Source: a virus
Taxonomy: Duplodnaviria > Heunggongvirae > Uroviricota > Caudoviricetes
Strand: one strand, 5' to 3'
Virus record (IMG/VR): IMGVR_UViG_3300018080_000111
Length of the DNA: 64,000 nucleotides
In this document: positions 49,971 to 59,431 of the stretch, in pieces
How the letters are laid out: each line of letters begins with the position of its first letter
Position numbering within the stretch: position 1 is the first letter of the stretch
Notes under the pieces: model-generated
Told to the model about the DNA's origin: nothing
The model's input: only the letters and a program-made list of their open reading frames with translations
Database searches by the model: none
Made by a program: the position numbers and the translations under genes

Positions 49971-50282
49971 ATGAGAAGGACTTTATTCTATAAGAAATTT
50001 ATTACAGATGGGGTGGAGGAGTTGGATTTTTTATATAATTCCCTTTCCGAATTCACCATGAAATACTCTCCAACTTATTATCGGGTAGAAGAATCTGATC
50101 TTCCGGATCCAGCGCTGATTAGTTTTCGAAATTATGGAGATGCTTGTTTTTGGTGGGTGATTTTATCTGTGAATGGAATACAGAATCCATTTGATGAGTT
50201 AACTGCTGGACTTATTTTAATAATTCCAAATATTTTGGATATTTACAATTTTCAAAGAAAAAGTAGGGTTCGTAGGTCCTAA
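49971..50282 (+). CDS. tail protein X-like (LysM-like)
   Basis: 103 aa between the gpU-like and gpD-like genes. YRVEESDLPDPALISFRNYGD resembles tail-X LysM-like proteins. Confidence 0.45.
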   Translation: MRRTLFYKKFITDGVEELDFLYNSLSEFTMKYSPTYYRVEESDLPDPALISFRNYGDACFWWVILSVNGIQNPFDELTAGLILIIPNILDIYNFQRKSRVRRS

Positions 50283-51460
50283 TGGAAATAGTTGGAAATT
50301 ATAATCTGGAAATTCAGATAGGTAAGAATATCGTCCCAGCTACTCCTCAAATGATAGAGGAATTGACAATATCTCAGGATATTGAACGCCTTGTTCCCAC
50401 CTTCAAAATGCGTCTGAAGGATAATACAGGAATTCTGGGAAATATTATGCCATATGACAGGGAGTCTAATGAAGTAACTTTATCCTTTTACCGAGTAGGA
50501 AGTTCTCCTGACAAAAGAAATGTGTTCGTATTTTATGTAAAGAGAAGAAGATATCTTTCTGATGGATCTTATGAGGTTGATGGACTTCTAAAAACTGAGG
50601 GACTATTCTCCCCTTATCGGAATAGGGCCGTCTCTGGCAATCTAAAAACTCAAATAGAAACAATTGCATCAGGAGAGTTGGGATTAGAAAATCATGAAAT
50701 AGGGGATTCCCTGTCCTACGTAAAAACGGTTCTTCAGCCTTATTGGGATAATGGTTTTTTCCTTCGCTACCTGAAGGATAGAATAGAAGGAAAGACCGGC
50801 GAAACCTGCTATTATTGTTTTATTAAGAATGTTCAGGGAGATCCCATTCTAGTTTTTAAGAGTATTGATGAGATCCTTCTTTCTGAGATAACTTATAGAT
50901 TCATTGTGGGAGCTTCCCCATACGAAGGACTCTATCCGGTTTCTGACTTTAGGATTTTTGATAATTCCCAATTTCGGGCTTCTTTTTGTTCCAGAAAGGC
51001 AGACTATAGATATTTTGATTACGAAACTGGAACATATACGTCTTCACAATCAATAGAACTTGAGGGATGCCCCTCGCTTTCTGAATACTATTTGGTGGAT
51101 AAGGAAGATGATACGAATATGTCCGTTTGTTATCTGGGACGGAGTAATGATTTCACATCAGATTTTTCTGGGAGGGTAGGACAAAAGTTTTACGATGCTT
51201 TATCCAATTCAATATATATGTGGATATCAACATGGGGAATTGAAAACATTGCCCCCGGCGATATCACCCAAGTTCTTTTTTCAGAAGCATTGAATCGAGG
51301 TAAAGTTTTTGTTTATCAACATTCGGGGTTCTGGATGGTAAAAAGAGTTGTCCATATTTTGGGAAGCTCTTTTATGACCAACCTACTTTTGGTCCGTTGT
51401 GGGGTTGATACGGATATAGAAACCTCCTTAACCCAGGCAAAGGAGGTTCGAAAGGTTTAA
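50282..51460 (+). CDS. late control D-like tail/baseplate hub protein
   Basis: 392 aa in the P2 gpD position. Confidence 0.5.
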   Translation: MEIVGNYNLEIQIGKNIVPATPQMIEELTISQDIERLVPTFKMRLKDNTGILGNIMPYDRESNEVTLSFYRVGSSPDKRNVFVFYVKRRRYLSDGSYEVDGLLKTEGLFSPYRNRAVSGNLKTQIETIASGELGLENHEIGDSLSYVKTVLQPYWDNGFFLRYLKDRIEGKTGETCYYCFIKNVQGDPILVFKSIDEILLSEITYRFIVGASPYEGLYPVSDFRIFDNSQFRASFCSRKADYRYFDYETGTYTSSQSIELEGCPSLSEYYLVDKEDDTNMSVCYLGRSNDFTSDFSGRVGQKFYDALSNSIYMWISTWGIENIAPGDITQVLFSEALNRGKVFVYQHSGFWMVKRVVHILGSSFMTNLLLVRCGVDTDIETSLTQAKEVRKV

Positions 51461-51461
51461 G

Positions 51462-51950
51462 ATGTTGGGCCTGAAAAAATCAAAATTGGATAACTATACT
51501 GGGTTTTACCGGGGAAAGGTTTTATCTAATTCCGATTCAAGTCAACTGGGAAGAATAAAGGTGAATATCCATGGGGTCTATGATGGGATTGATTCTTCTG
51601 ATCTTCCATGGGCAGTTCCAGCATCTTCCGTTTTTGTGGGTGCAGGATCCGATCAGGGTTGTTTTTGCGTTCCGGATGTAGGAACCTATGTTTGGTGTTT
51701 CTTTGAAGCAAATAATTTATATCAGCCGGTATATTTTGCCTCTGCTCCATCCGGCGTGCACGGGCTTCCTTCCGAGAGAACGACTAATTACCCAAATCGA
51801 AGAGTTCTAAAGACTGGAGCGGGTATAGTAGTTTTAATCGATGATTCAGCAGAATTAATAAAGGTTGATCATCCTTCTGGAGCATTTGTAAGTATAGATA
51901 ACGCTGGAAATATATCAATAAGCGGAACAAAAGTGGAAATCAATCCATAA
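51462..51950 (+). CDS. baseplate spike protein (gpV/gp5 N-terminal OB-fold family)
   Basis: CVPDVGTYVWCFFEANNLYQPVYFASAP resembles the gpV/VgrG OB-fold motif. Confidence 0.65.
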   Translation: MLGLKKSKLDNYTGFYRGKVLSNSDSSQLGRIKVNIHGVYDGIDSSDLPWAVPASSVFVGAGSDQGCFCVPDVGTYVWCFFEANNLYQPVYFASAPSGVHGLPSERTTNYPNRRVLKTGAGIVVLIDDSAELIKVDHPSGAFVSIDNAGNISISGTKVEINP

Positions 51951-51961
51951 GATAGGAAACA

Positions 51962-54232
51962 ATGTCTTTTATTCGTAAGAATTTTGCCAGGGGAACATTA
52001 GCTTCAGATCTAGGAGCTGGTGCTGTCCAACTAGAAGTCCAGGCAGGACATACCCTCCCTACTTCGGTAGGAAGTTTCCGTCTTGTCATTTGGGACAATA
52101 CAAATTTTCCCGATCCAGCGGACGACCCTCTTTTGGAAATAGTCACGGCATCTTATTCTGGAACCCCCAATTTTTATGACATTGTACGTGCTCAGGAGGA
52201 TACTTCAGACGTAGCACATTCTACTGGAAACAGAGCCGCATTACACTATACGGCCGGAATGTCAGAAGATGATATTTATACTTCCTCTGATTTTGATACT
52301 GATTTCGCTGGAAAGGATCTGGATGATCTTGCTGCTGGGGTCACAAATATCCATTTAACTGTAGCATTAAAATTGGAGTATGATGCAGCATACTCCCATG
52401 TTTCCAGCGATGGCAGCGATCATAGTTTTATAGACCAGGATGTAACAGCTACAGGGGATCCCCAATTTAATTCTATATCTTCTTTGTCCACTCCATTATC
52501 CGTTTCTAATGGTGGTACTGGTGCAGCCACGTTTACAGATCATTCGTTACTTGTTGGTTCTGGTACAGATGCTTTTACAGCTTTAGGTGCAGCCACTAAT
52601 GGCCAACTGCCTATTGGTTCTACTGGTGCTGATCCAGTTCTTGCTACCTTAACTGAAGGGGCAAATATTACAATCACAAATGGAGCAGGTAGTATCACTA
52701 TTGCTGCGGATGTAGATTTCGCTACAGGTATTGATGGAACAACTAATCAGATTACTGTAACAGATGATGGGGATGACACTATTACTCTATCTCTTCCACA
52801 AGATTATGACACTGGTGCAACACCTACTCTTGGTAATCTTACTCTTAGTGGTACTGAGAATGTAGGACTTGATCTATCTGGTGGTACGTGGGCCAATGCT
52901 AATATTAATCTTGCAGCTAATCCAGTTATTCAACATGGTGGTATTCAACTATTGAAAGTTGACGACACAAATTCTAATTTCTTCCTTGGTTCCGATGTGT
53001 TTCAAAATGACAATGGACAATACAATGTAGGAATTGGATACCAAGCCGGTTATTATAATGATACTACCGGAGGAGTAAATAATGGAGACCACAACACTTA
53101 TATTGGATATTGGGCTGGATATGGTAGTGGTAGCTCTAATAAAGGAGCAAACAACACAGCTATTGGGTCCTCTGCATTAAAAAATAATACCACTGGTCAA
53201 AATAATTTAGGGCTTGGAAAGGAAGCTTGTTACTATAATACAACAGGTATTTATAATACTGCAATTGGTACATTTGCCAGCCGAGCAAACAGAACAGGTA
53301 GTTACAACGTAGCTATCGGATCATCGGCGTTACTCAATAATACATCAAGTGTTAATTTAGGAATTGGTTACTCGGCATTAGGTAGTGAAGCTACAAATGG
53401 TGAAAACATTGCTATTGGTACATATGCTGGCAGGTATCAAAATGGCGGCTCATATAATACTATTATTGGTCGAGACGCCTCTTACCGAAATGTGACGGGA
53501 GATCGAAATGTAATTATAGGCCACTCATCCGCGTATGGTGTAGCAGCACAATCGCACTCCAGAAATGTGTTTATTGGTGAAAGATCGGCTTATTCAAATA
53601 CAACTGGTTCAGACAATGTATTTCTTGGGTATCGGTCAGGTTATCGTCAAACCACCAACTCTAATCTTCTTATTATTGATAATCAAGACCGTGGTTCGGC
53701 AGCTAACGAAGCCGCTAATTCATTGTTATATGGTGTGTTTAACGCAGCACCCTCCAGTCAATATCTAAAGGTAAACGGTGATCTATACCTAAGCGGTGAC
53801 AACCGTAAGATATATATGGGTGCTGGCAATGATGCTGAGATTTATTATGATGGCACTAATCTTATACTTAGTACCAAAGTAGTGGGCACAGGTGGATTAT
53901 CCATTACTGGTGGTTTTATAGCAACACCGGATGAGATTACTGCTACAGACGCCGGAGTAGCTGCTTCGATATATACAACCAATACTGAAGTCACAACAAA
54001 TGGAGACAGTGACCTTGATAATGTTACATTAGCAAATGGAACAAGCGGACAAGTCAAACATATTTATTGTGTAGCCCAAGGCAATGCGGCAGACACGTGG
54101 AAGATTACACCAGCCAATATGGTAGGCGGAACACAGATTACCTTTTCCGGTGCTGGCGAAGGCTGCACTTTAGTCTATGCCGACAACGAAGGGTGGGTTG
54201 TGGTTGCAAACAATGGCGGAACAATAACATAA
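51962..54232 (+). CDS. tail fibre/spike with extensive short NxxIGxxAL-type beta-helical repeats
   Basis: 756 aa. Repeats ...NTAIGSSALKNNTTGQNN.G.G... N-terminal domain shared with 15146. Confidence 0.6.
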   Translation: MSFIRKNFARGTLASDLGAGAVQLEVQAGHTLPTSVGSFRLVIWDNTNFPDPADDPLLEIVTASYSGTPNFYDIVRAQEDTSDVAHSTGNRAALHYTAGMSEDDIYTSSDFDTDFAGKDLDDLAAGVTNIHLTVALKLEYDAAYSHVSSDGSDHSFIDQDVTATGDPQFNSISSLSTPLSVSNGGTGAATFTDHSLLVGSGTDAFTALGAATNGQLPIGSTGADPVLATLTEGANITITNGAGSITIAADVDFATGIDGTTNQITVTDDGDDTITLSLPQDYDTGATPTLGNLTLSGTENVGLDLSGGTWANANINLAANPVIQHGGIQLLKVDDTNSNFFLGSDVFQNDNGQYNVGIGYQAGYYNDTTGGVNNGDHNTYIGYWAGYGSGSSNKGANNTAIGSSALKNNTTGQNNLGLGKEACYYNTTGIYNTAIGTFASRANRTGSYNVAIGSSALLNNTSSVNLGIGYSALGSEATNGENIAIGTYAGRYQNGGSYNTIIGRDASYRNVTGDRNVIIGHSSAYGVAAQSHSRNVFIGERSAYSNTTGSDNVFLGYRSGYRQTTNSNLLIIDNQDRGSAANEAANSLLYGVFNAAPSSQYLKVNGDLYLSGDNRKIYMGAGNDAEIYYDGTNLILSTKVVGTGGLSITGGFIATPDEITATDAGVAASIYTTNTEVTTNGDSDLDNVTLANGTSGQVKHIYCVAQGNAADTWKITPANMVGGTQITFSGAGEGCTLVYADNEGWVVVANNGGTIT

Positions 54233-54246
54233 GAAAGGTAAATAAA

Positions 54247-54558
54247 ATGGCAGAAGCAAGTGATTGCAAAAGACAGTTGGTTAAGATTGCAGAGAACAAT
54301 GTAGAGTTGCAGTATTATCTGTTGTCCCCTGTAACCGGGGAAAAGGTTGTTCTTTCTGAGTATACTGTATCGTATGGCCAACAAAAGATTGATGATGATC
54401 GTGCTGTTGCGGATCAGGAATGGGCTTTCTGGGAAGGGTTGGATGCCAGAGGCATTGCGGATAAAATTGCATTAGCGGCAAAAGAAGTAGAATACTATGA
54501 TAAAGTACAAAACATAATGGGTGCAGTAGATGGAACAATAGTTAATCTGGAGGATTAA
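54247..54558 (+). CDS. hypothetical protein (about 103 aa, start re-assigned to ATG 54247)
   Basis: The ORF-track start lies inside the previous gene. An internal ATG follows that gene's stop. Confidence 0.45.
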   Translation: MAEASDCKRQLVKIAENNVELQYYLLSPVTGEKVVLSEYTVSYGQQKIDDDRAVADQEWAFWEGLDARGIADKIALAAKEVEYYDKVQNIMGAVDGTIVNLED

Positions 54559-54559
54559 T

Positions 54560-54889
54560 ATGAAGATATCATTTGAAATTCCGGAAAGTAGAAAAGATCT
54601 TGTATTAGAGATGCTGAAAAAATCTTCTGGGAAGGTTGTGACTCTTTCTTCGGATTTGGTAGATTCTCAAGGTAATTTTAATTATTCTTGGAAAGGAGAA
54701 GAGGAATCAGAGGAAGATTTCGTTCTTAGATCAATTCAATCTATTATTGAAGGGGTAGTAAAGTGGGGTCTTCTGGTAAAGGACACCAATAGATTTAATT
54801 TAGAATTAGAGTCTAAAAGAAAAGAAGTCGTACCCATTGTTGTTGACATCCCCCCTAATTTATTTTTAAGAGTTAAAAATGTACGGTAG
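54560..54889 (+). CDS. hypothetical protein (109 aa)
   Basis: ORF. Confidence 0.45.
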   Translation: MKISFEIPESRKDLVLEMLKKSSGKVVTLSSDLVDSQGNFNYSWKGEEESEEDFVLRSIQSIIEGVVKWGLLVKDTNRFNLELESKRKEVVPIVVDIPPNLFLRVKNVR

Positions 54890-55214
54890 TTTTGGATCTA
54901 AGACTTTTGCATCCCCTTGGATTATTCTTGAGGAACCACCTGGAGGTAAGCGGATAGCTTTGCTGGGGGACCGTTCAAGTCACCAGGGGACCATTATAAC
55001 AACAAATCAGGATGGTAGATTTAAAGTTTCTGGTAATGAAGTTGCTGTAAATGGGGCACTTCATTCTTGCCCTTTGCCGGGACATGGGATTACTCAAATT
55101 ACGGCGGTTACAGTTATAAGTTTTTGTAATGGAAAGTTGATCCTAACTAAGGGAGCGGTTGCAGGTTGTGGAGCTGTAATATCTCCCCCAGATAGAAACG
55201 TATATGTAGAGTAA
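54879..55214 (+). CDS. PAAR-repeat spike-tip protein
   Basis: LLGDRSSHQGTIIT...LHSCPLPGHG fits the PAAR GD..H.G and Cys/His metal-site pattern. 111 aa. Confidence 0.65.
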   Translation: MYGSFGSKTFASPWIILEEPPGGKRIALLGDRSSHQGTIITTNQDGRFKVSGNEVAVNGALHSCPLPGHGITQITAVTVISFCNGKLILTKGAVAGCGAVISPPDRNVYVE

Positions 55215-55217
55215 AAT

Positions 55218-55610
55218 ATGGCGACAAAAATATCTACAATCTGGTCGGAAATTGATCCAAACTTTGTTCCAGACTCTAAAGGTCTTTTAAAGACAGTTAC
55301 AAATGTGGACTCCGTGAAGGCAGCGATAAATAATATCCTGAAGACTCGGAAGGGTGAGCGGGTAATGATTCCTTCCTTTGGGTCCTCTCTTCAGGATATT
55401 CTTTTTGAACCCTTAAATTCTACTGGGATTAAATTGCTTTCTAGAACAATAAAAGAGGACATCGAAAGATGGGACGATCGGGTGGTGATAGAGAATGTGG
55501 AGATTTATCCAAACCCAGATGAATCTAGTTTATCCTTAACAATTGGATTCCGAATAAAGGGATTTACAAATATATTCAGCCATTCGGTTGATTTTGGAGG
55601 TGAGATGTAA
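55218..55610 (+). CDS. baseplate wedge protein gpW/gp25 family
   Basis: ILKTRKGERVMIPSFGSSLQDILFEP matches the GPW_gp25 core. Confidence 0.7.
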   Translation: MATKISTIWSEIDPNFVPDSKGLLKTVTNVDSVKAAINNILKTRKGERVMIPSFGSSLQDILFEPLNSTGIKLLSRTIKEDIERWDDRVVIENVEIYPNPDESSLSLTIGFRIKGFTNIFSHSVDFGGEM

Positions 55611-57343
55611 TGACAGCTAATCCTCTAAGTTACGTGGCATATGATTTCGATCAACTTGTAAGTCAAATACAGAATCGACTTTCTGCCCAGGATGCCTGGA
55701 AGGATATTTATAGAGACGGCGCTGGGCAGATGTTAATTGAGTTCTTAGCGTATGTGGCAAATTTAGGACTTTATTATACAGAGAGAAGAGCAGAGGAGAC
55801 ATATCTCCCGACTGCAAAATTGCTTTCTAGTGTTAAGAATATTGTAGCAGTTTTGAACTATCAGGCTCGGAGGAAAACCTCCTCGACTGGAGTTCTGACT
55901 TTTAGTATTGATACAGCTCTTAGTAAGATAGTATATATTCCAAAATATACTGAGTGCCAAACAACTGGGGGAACTAAATTTGTTACGAATGAATCTGCGG
56001 CAATAGAAAAAGGTCAGACATCTGTAGACGTTAATGCGGTTCAGGGGGAGCTTGTTCAGAAACAGGTTACTTCGGATGGTTCCACAGAACAAGAATATCT
56101 TGTGAATGATGAGGATGTGGAGAATTCCGCGGATACAGATAATCCAACTTTTCGAGTCATTATTGATGGAACAGAATGGACAAAAGTTTCGTCCTTTTTA
56201 TACTCCACATCAACTTCAGAACATTTTCGAGTGATCAATGAGCCCGAAGGAACCATTAGCGTTCTTTTTGGGGATGATGTGAATGGAAAATCTCCTGAGG
56301 CGGGATCCACTATTGTGATACAGTATATTCGAACAGATGGAGCAGATGGAAATGTGACCTATTCTGGATCTCCCTCTATAACGACGGTCAATTCAACCAT
56401 CTATGATGAGGATGGGGATATAGTTACCGTCTCAGTAACCCACGACTCCTCTTTTTTGGGAGGAAGTGATGAGGAGACCATTGAGGAAATTCGGTACAAT
56501 GCTCCTCGGGTATTCAGTACCGGAGAGCGTGCGGTAACAAAGGACGATTTTATCGCAATTTTGGAGAACTACTCTAGCGTTGCCAGTGCAAATGTTTGGG
56601 GAGAAAATGAGGAGGCCGAAGCTTCGGGGGAAACCGCAGACTACGAAATGCTAAATAAGGTGAAGATGTGCCTAGTTTTACAGAGCTGGGAGCTACCAGA
56701 TGCAACATTTAAGTCGACCTTATCAGATTACATTTACGAGTTATCTATGTTGACGGTAAAGTATGAATTTATTACCCCCACCTTCTTGTTAGTAATTCCC
56801 CGTCTTAATGTGAAGGTCAGTCAGGGATACTCTTTATCTCAAACCCAGGCGGACATTGAAGAGGAATTAGCAGACCAGTTTCTTCTAGGAACTACCACCA
56901 AATTAGGAACCAGGATCAAGTATAGCAATGTTCTTTCTGCAGTGGATGATCTGGAGGGTGTTTCGTATACTTCCATGGTTCTAGAGATAAAAAAGGTTCT
57001 CAGCAGTTCATACGATTCATCCTATGATTGGGGAGCCGCTTTGGACGCGGTTGATATTCTTCCAGAAACAGCCCGGGTATTTATTGATGGTACATATGTT
57101 ACTGTGGATGAAAATGGGGGATCTGGAACGGGTTCTTTTGATGGAACTTCTGGCGGATATACTATATCAGGAAGTAGTATAAATTATTCCACAGGAGTGG
57201 TTCTTATGAATATCTCCCCTACTCCAAGTTCAGTTTATATTTTGTATCAGCAAGATGAGGAGAGTCAGTCGATTGTTCCATCTTTCAACCAGATTTGTCG
57301 GTTGTCCGATGTTAATATTGAATCCATTTCCATGGAATCTTAG
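55610..57343 (+). CDS. baseplate J-like protein
   Basis: 577 aa immediately after gpW, as in P2/Mu-type baseplates. Confidence 0.55.
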   Translation: MTANPLSYVAYDFDQLVSQIQNRLSAQDAWKDIYRDGAGQMLIEFLAYVANLGLYYTERRAEETYLPTAKLLSSVKNIVAVLNYQARRKTSSTGVLTFSIDTALSKIVYIPKYTECQTTGGTKFVTNESAAIEKGQTSVDVNAVQGELVQKQVTSDGSTEQEYLVNDEDVENSADTDNPTFRVIIDGTEWTKVSSFLYSTSTSEHFRVINEPEGTISVLFGDDVNGKSPEAGSTIVIQYIRTDGADGNVTYSGSPSITTVNSTIYDEDGDIVTVSVTHDSSFLGGSDEETIEEIRYNAPRVFSTGERAVTKDDFIAILENYSSVASANVWGENEEAEASGETADYEMLNKVKMCLVLQSWELPDATFKSTLSDYIYELSMLTVKYEFITPTFLLVIPRLNVKVSQGYSLSQTQADIEEELADQFLLGTTTKLGTRIKYSNVLSAVDDLEGVSYTSMVLEIKKVLSSSYDSSYDWGAALDAVDILPETARVFIDGTYVTVDENGGSGTGSFDGTSGGYTISGSSINYSTGVVLMNISPTPSSVYILYQQDEESQSIVPSFNQICRLSDVNIESISMES

Positions 57344-57359
57344 ATTTAGAGGTAGAAAT

Positions 57360-57872
57360 ATGAGTTGGCGTGATGCTTATGAATGTTTGTGGACATTCCA
57401 ACATATTCGGGATGGAAAAGTAATTTACGAATTTAGGGACAAGAAAAATATACTTGTAGATGAAGGGGAACTTGCAACCATCGACACCTTTTTTAGGGAC
57501 AATGCTTCTCTATATTTTCCAGGGGATTACTTCTATATTGGGCTATATAAAGGGACAGTGGTGGAAACTAGTACCTTGGCCACAATACCAAATGAACCCG
57601 CAGCAGCAAATGGATATGCCAGAATTGCTGTCGAAAGATCCTCGGTGGGATTCCCTACAATTGAGCAGAATGAGGATGGGAATTGGCAGGTTGTGTCTAA
57701 GGAGGTCACATTTACTGCGTCTGGTGGGAATATTGGACCAGTTAATGGGGCGTTTCTCTGCACCTCATCAGATAATACCGGATCTCTTATTGGGGCCGTG
57801 GCGGCAAGTGTGGAAAGAACCATATTGTCTGGTGATAATTCAAAACTTTCCTTAACGTTTAGGCAAAAGTAA
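57360..57872 (+). CDS. tail-fibre-associated adaptor-like protein, paralog A (start re-assigned to ATG 57360)
   Basis: GAGGT RBS 7 nt upstream. Related to 59027..59422 (NGYAR motif). Its C-terminus AVAASVERTILSGDNSKLSLTFRQK is echoed by the remnant at 58921. Confidence 0.5.
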   Translation: MSWRDAYECLWTFQHIRDGKVIYEFRDKKNILVDEGELATIDTFFRDNASLYFPGDYFYIGLYKGTVVETSTLATIPNEPAAANGYARIAVERSSVGFPTIEQNEDGNWQVVSKEVTFTASGGNIGPVNGAFLCTSSDNTGSLIGAVAASVERTILSGDNSKLSLTFRQK

Positions 57873-57875
57873 TTT

Positions 57876-58934
57876 ATGGCTTCAATTTACGATTATTATA
57901 ATACAGGGAATGATAGTTTTCATTCATTAAAAGGATCTGATAATTTAGCAGCACAAATTTTTACTGCCTCTGATGATTACAAGATTTTGTCTGTTAAGTT
58001 GCTATTGCAGCGTAGAACAGGAGATCCGGGGACTGTTACTGTTGAATTGCAAGGGGTGGGAGACTTTGGATCTGGAGAAGTGCCTGATGGTAATGTATTT
58101 GCAACTGGGTCGATTGCAGGAGGGGGTATTACACTTGCTGATGGAGGGGAGTGGGTAGAAATAACTTTTGATTCTGAATATTCATTAACTTCAGGATCTA
58201 AATACTCGATTGTATTGTCAATTTCAGTTGATCAATTTTATCTTAGATGGTTGAATGATAGTTCCTCTCCTTCCTATGCTGGCGGAGCAGCTGCGGTATA
58301 TGCTTTGGGTTCCTGGTCAACAGCAGCTACCCGGGATGAGTTGTTTGAAACTTGGGGAAACCCTGCTGGTACCCCTCCAACTATCACCGATCAAACATCT
58401 TCTCCCCAAGATGCAGATTATGAAGATGATATAACATTCTCTGTCACAGTTACAGGCACTGAACCTATAACATACCAATGGTATAAAGATGGTAGTCCAA
58501 TTTCTGGGGAGACAAATTCTACCTTATCCCTTTCTTCCGTAGACGCAGATGATGGGGGAACTTATTATTGCATAGCAACAAATGCAGGGGGATCTGCTCA
58601 ATCATCTGATATAGATCTTAGAATTATACCCTATATAACTGCACAATCCTCCAGTACTTCTTTTTCTTTGGGGGCATTATCCTCTATCTCAGTTACGGCG
58701 GATGGTTTTCCTTCAGTAACTTATCAATGGTATAAAAATGGAAGTCCTATTTCTGGAGCTACTTCTTCAACATATTCTTTTTATGCAGCATCTTCAGATG
58801 CAGGAACGTATAAATGTATCGCAACAAATGCGGCTGGATCCGCAACTTCTAGTGATATTGTTTTAACTATTGTTTCTAATCCTTATGTATATAGCTTCTT
58901 TAATCTTCCACATGATATAACAAGGGAGCAGTAG
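57876..58934 (+). CDS. receptor-binding/fibre protein with two Ig-like domains and conserved C-terminal FFNLPHDITREQ
   Basis: TYQWYKDGSPISGE..GGTYYCIATNAGGSA appears twice (Ig I-set-like). Confidence 0.55.
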   Translation: MASIYDYYNTGNDSFHSLKGSDNLAAQIFTASDDYKILSVKLLLQRRTGDPGTVTVELQGVGDFGSGEVPDGNVFATGSIAGGGITLADGGEWVEITFDSEYSLTSGSKYSIVLSISVDQFYLRWLNDSSSPSYAGGAAAVYALGSWSTAATRDELFETWGNPAGTPPTITDQTSSPQDADYEDDITFSVTVTGTEPITYQWYKDGSPISGETNSTLSLSSVDADDGGTYYCIATNAGGSAQSSDIDLRIIPYITAQSSSTSFSLGALSSISVTADGFPSVTYQWYKNGSPISGATSSTYSFYAASSDAGTYKCIATNAAGSATSSDIVLTIVSNPYVYSFFNLPHDITREQ

Positions 58935-58994
58935 CATCTTCGGTTGAGAGAACAATTCTTTCTGGGGATAGTTTAATAATTTCATTAAAGATTC
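58921..58994 (+). pseudogene. remnant 3' end of an adaptor-like gene (paralog of 57360..57872)
   Basis: Translates AVASSVERTILSGDSLIISLKIRQK*, against the C-terminus of 57360..57872, AVAASVERTILSGDNSKLSLTFRQK*. Confidence 0.55.
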
Positions 58995-59026
58995 GACAGA
59001 AGTAGTAACTACGATTGGAGATATAA

Positions 59027-59422
59027 ATGGCTGGTTTTTCTAATTATTTAAGAAATGAACTTTTGGACCATCTTTTTGGAAAAGATACATACTCTTCTCC
59101 ATCCAATATATATGTTGCTCTTTCAACTACTGCACCTTCTGGGGATGGGTCTGGGGTCACAGAACCTTCCGGAAATGGATATGCAAGAGCATCTACAGAT
59201 TCTGCGGATTGGTCTTCTGCATCTTCTTTTGAAATACAGAATACCTCAGAAATCTCATTTCCGGAATCCACCGGATCTTGGGGAACAATAACTCATTTTG
59301 TATTATATGATGCTGCGTCTGGTGGGAATATGTTGGCGTATGGTTCTCTTTCTGCCTCGCAAAGTGTAGCTGCTGGGAAAACCGCAAGATTTTCATCGGG
59401 GGCCTTATCGGTAACCCATTAG
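59027..59422 (+). CDS. tail-fibre-associated adaptor-like protein, paralog B
   Basis: 131 aa. Shares ..P.GNGYAR...and overall pattern with 57360..57872. Confidence 0.5.
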   Translation: MAGFSNYLRNELLDHLFGKDTYSSPSNIYVALSTTAPSGDGSGVTEPSGNGYARASTDSADWSSASSFEIQNTSEISFPESTGSWGTITHFVLYDAASGGNMLAYGSLSASQSVAAGKTARFSSGALSVTH

Positions 59423-59431
59423 GATTTATAA

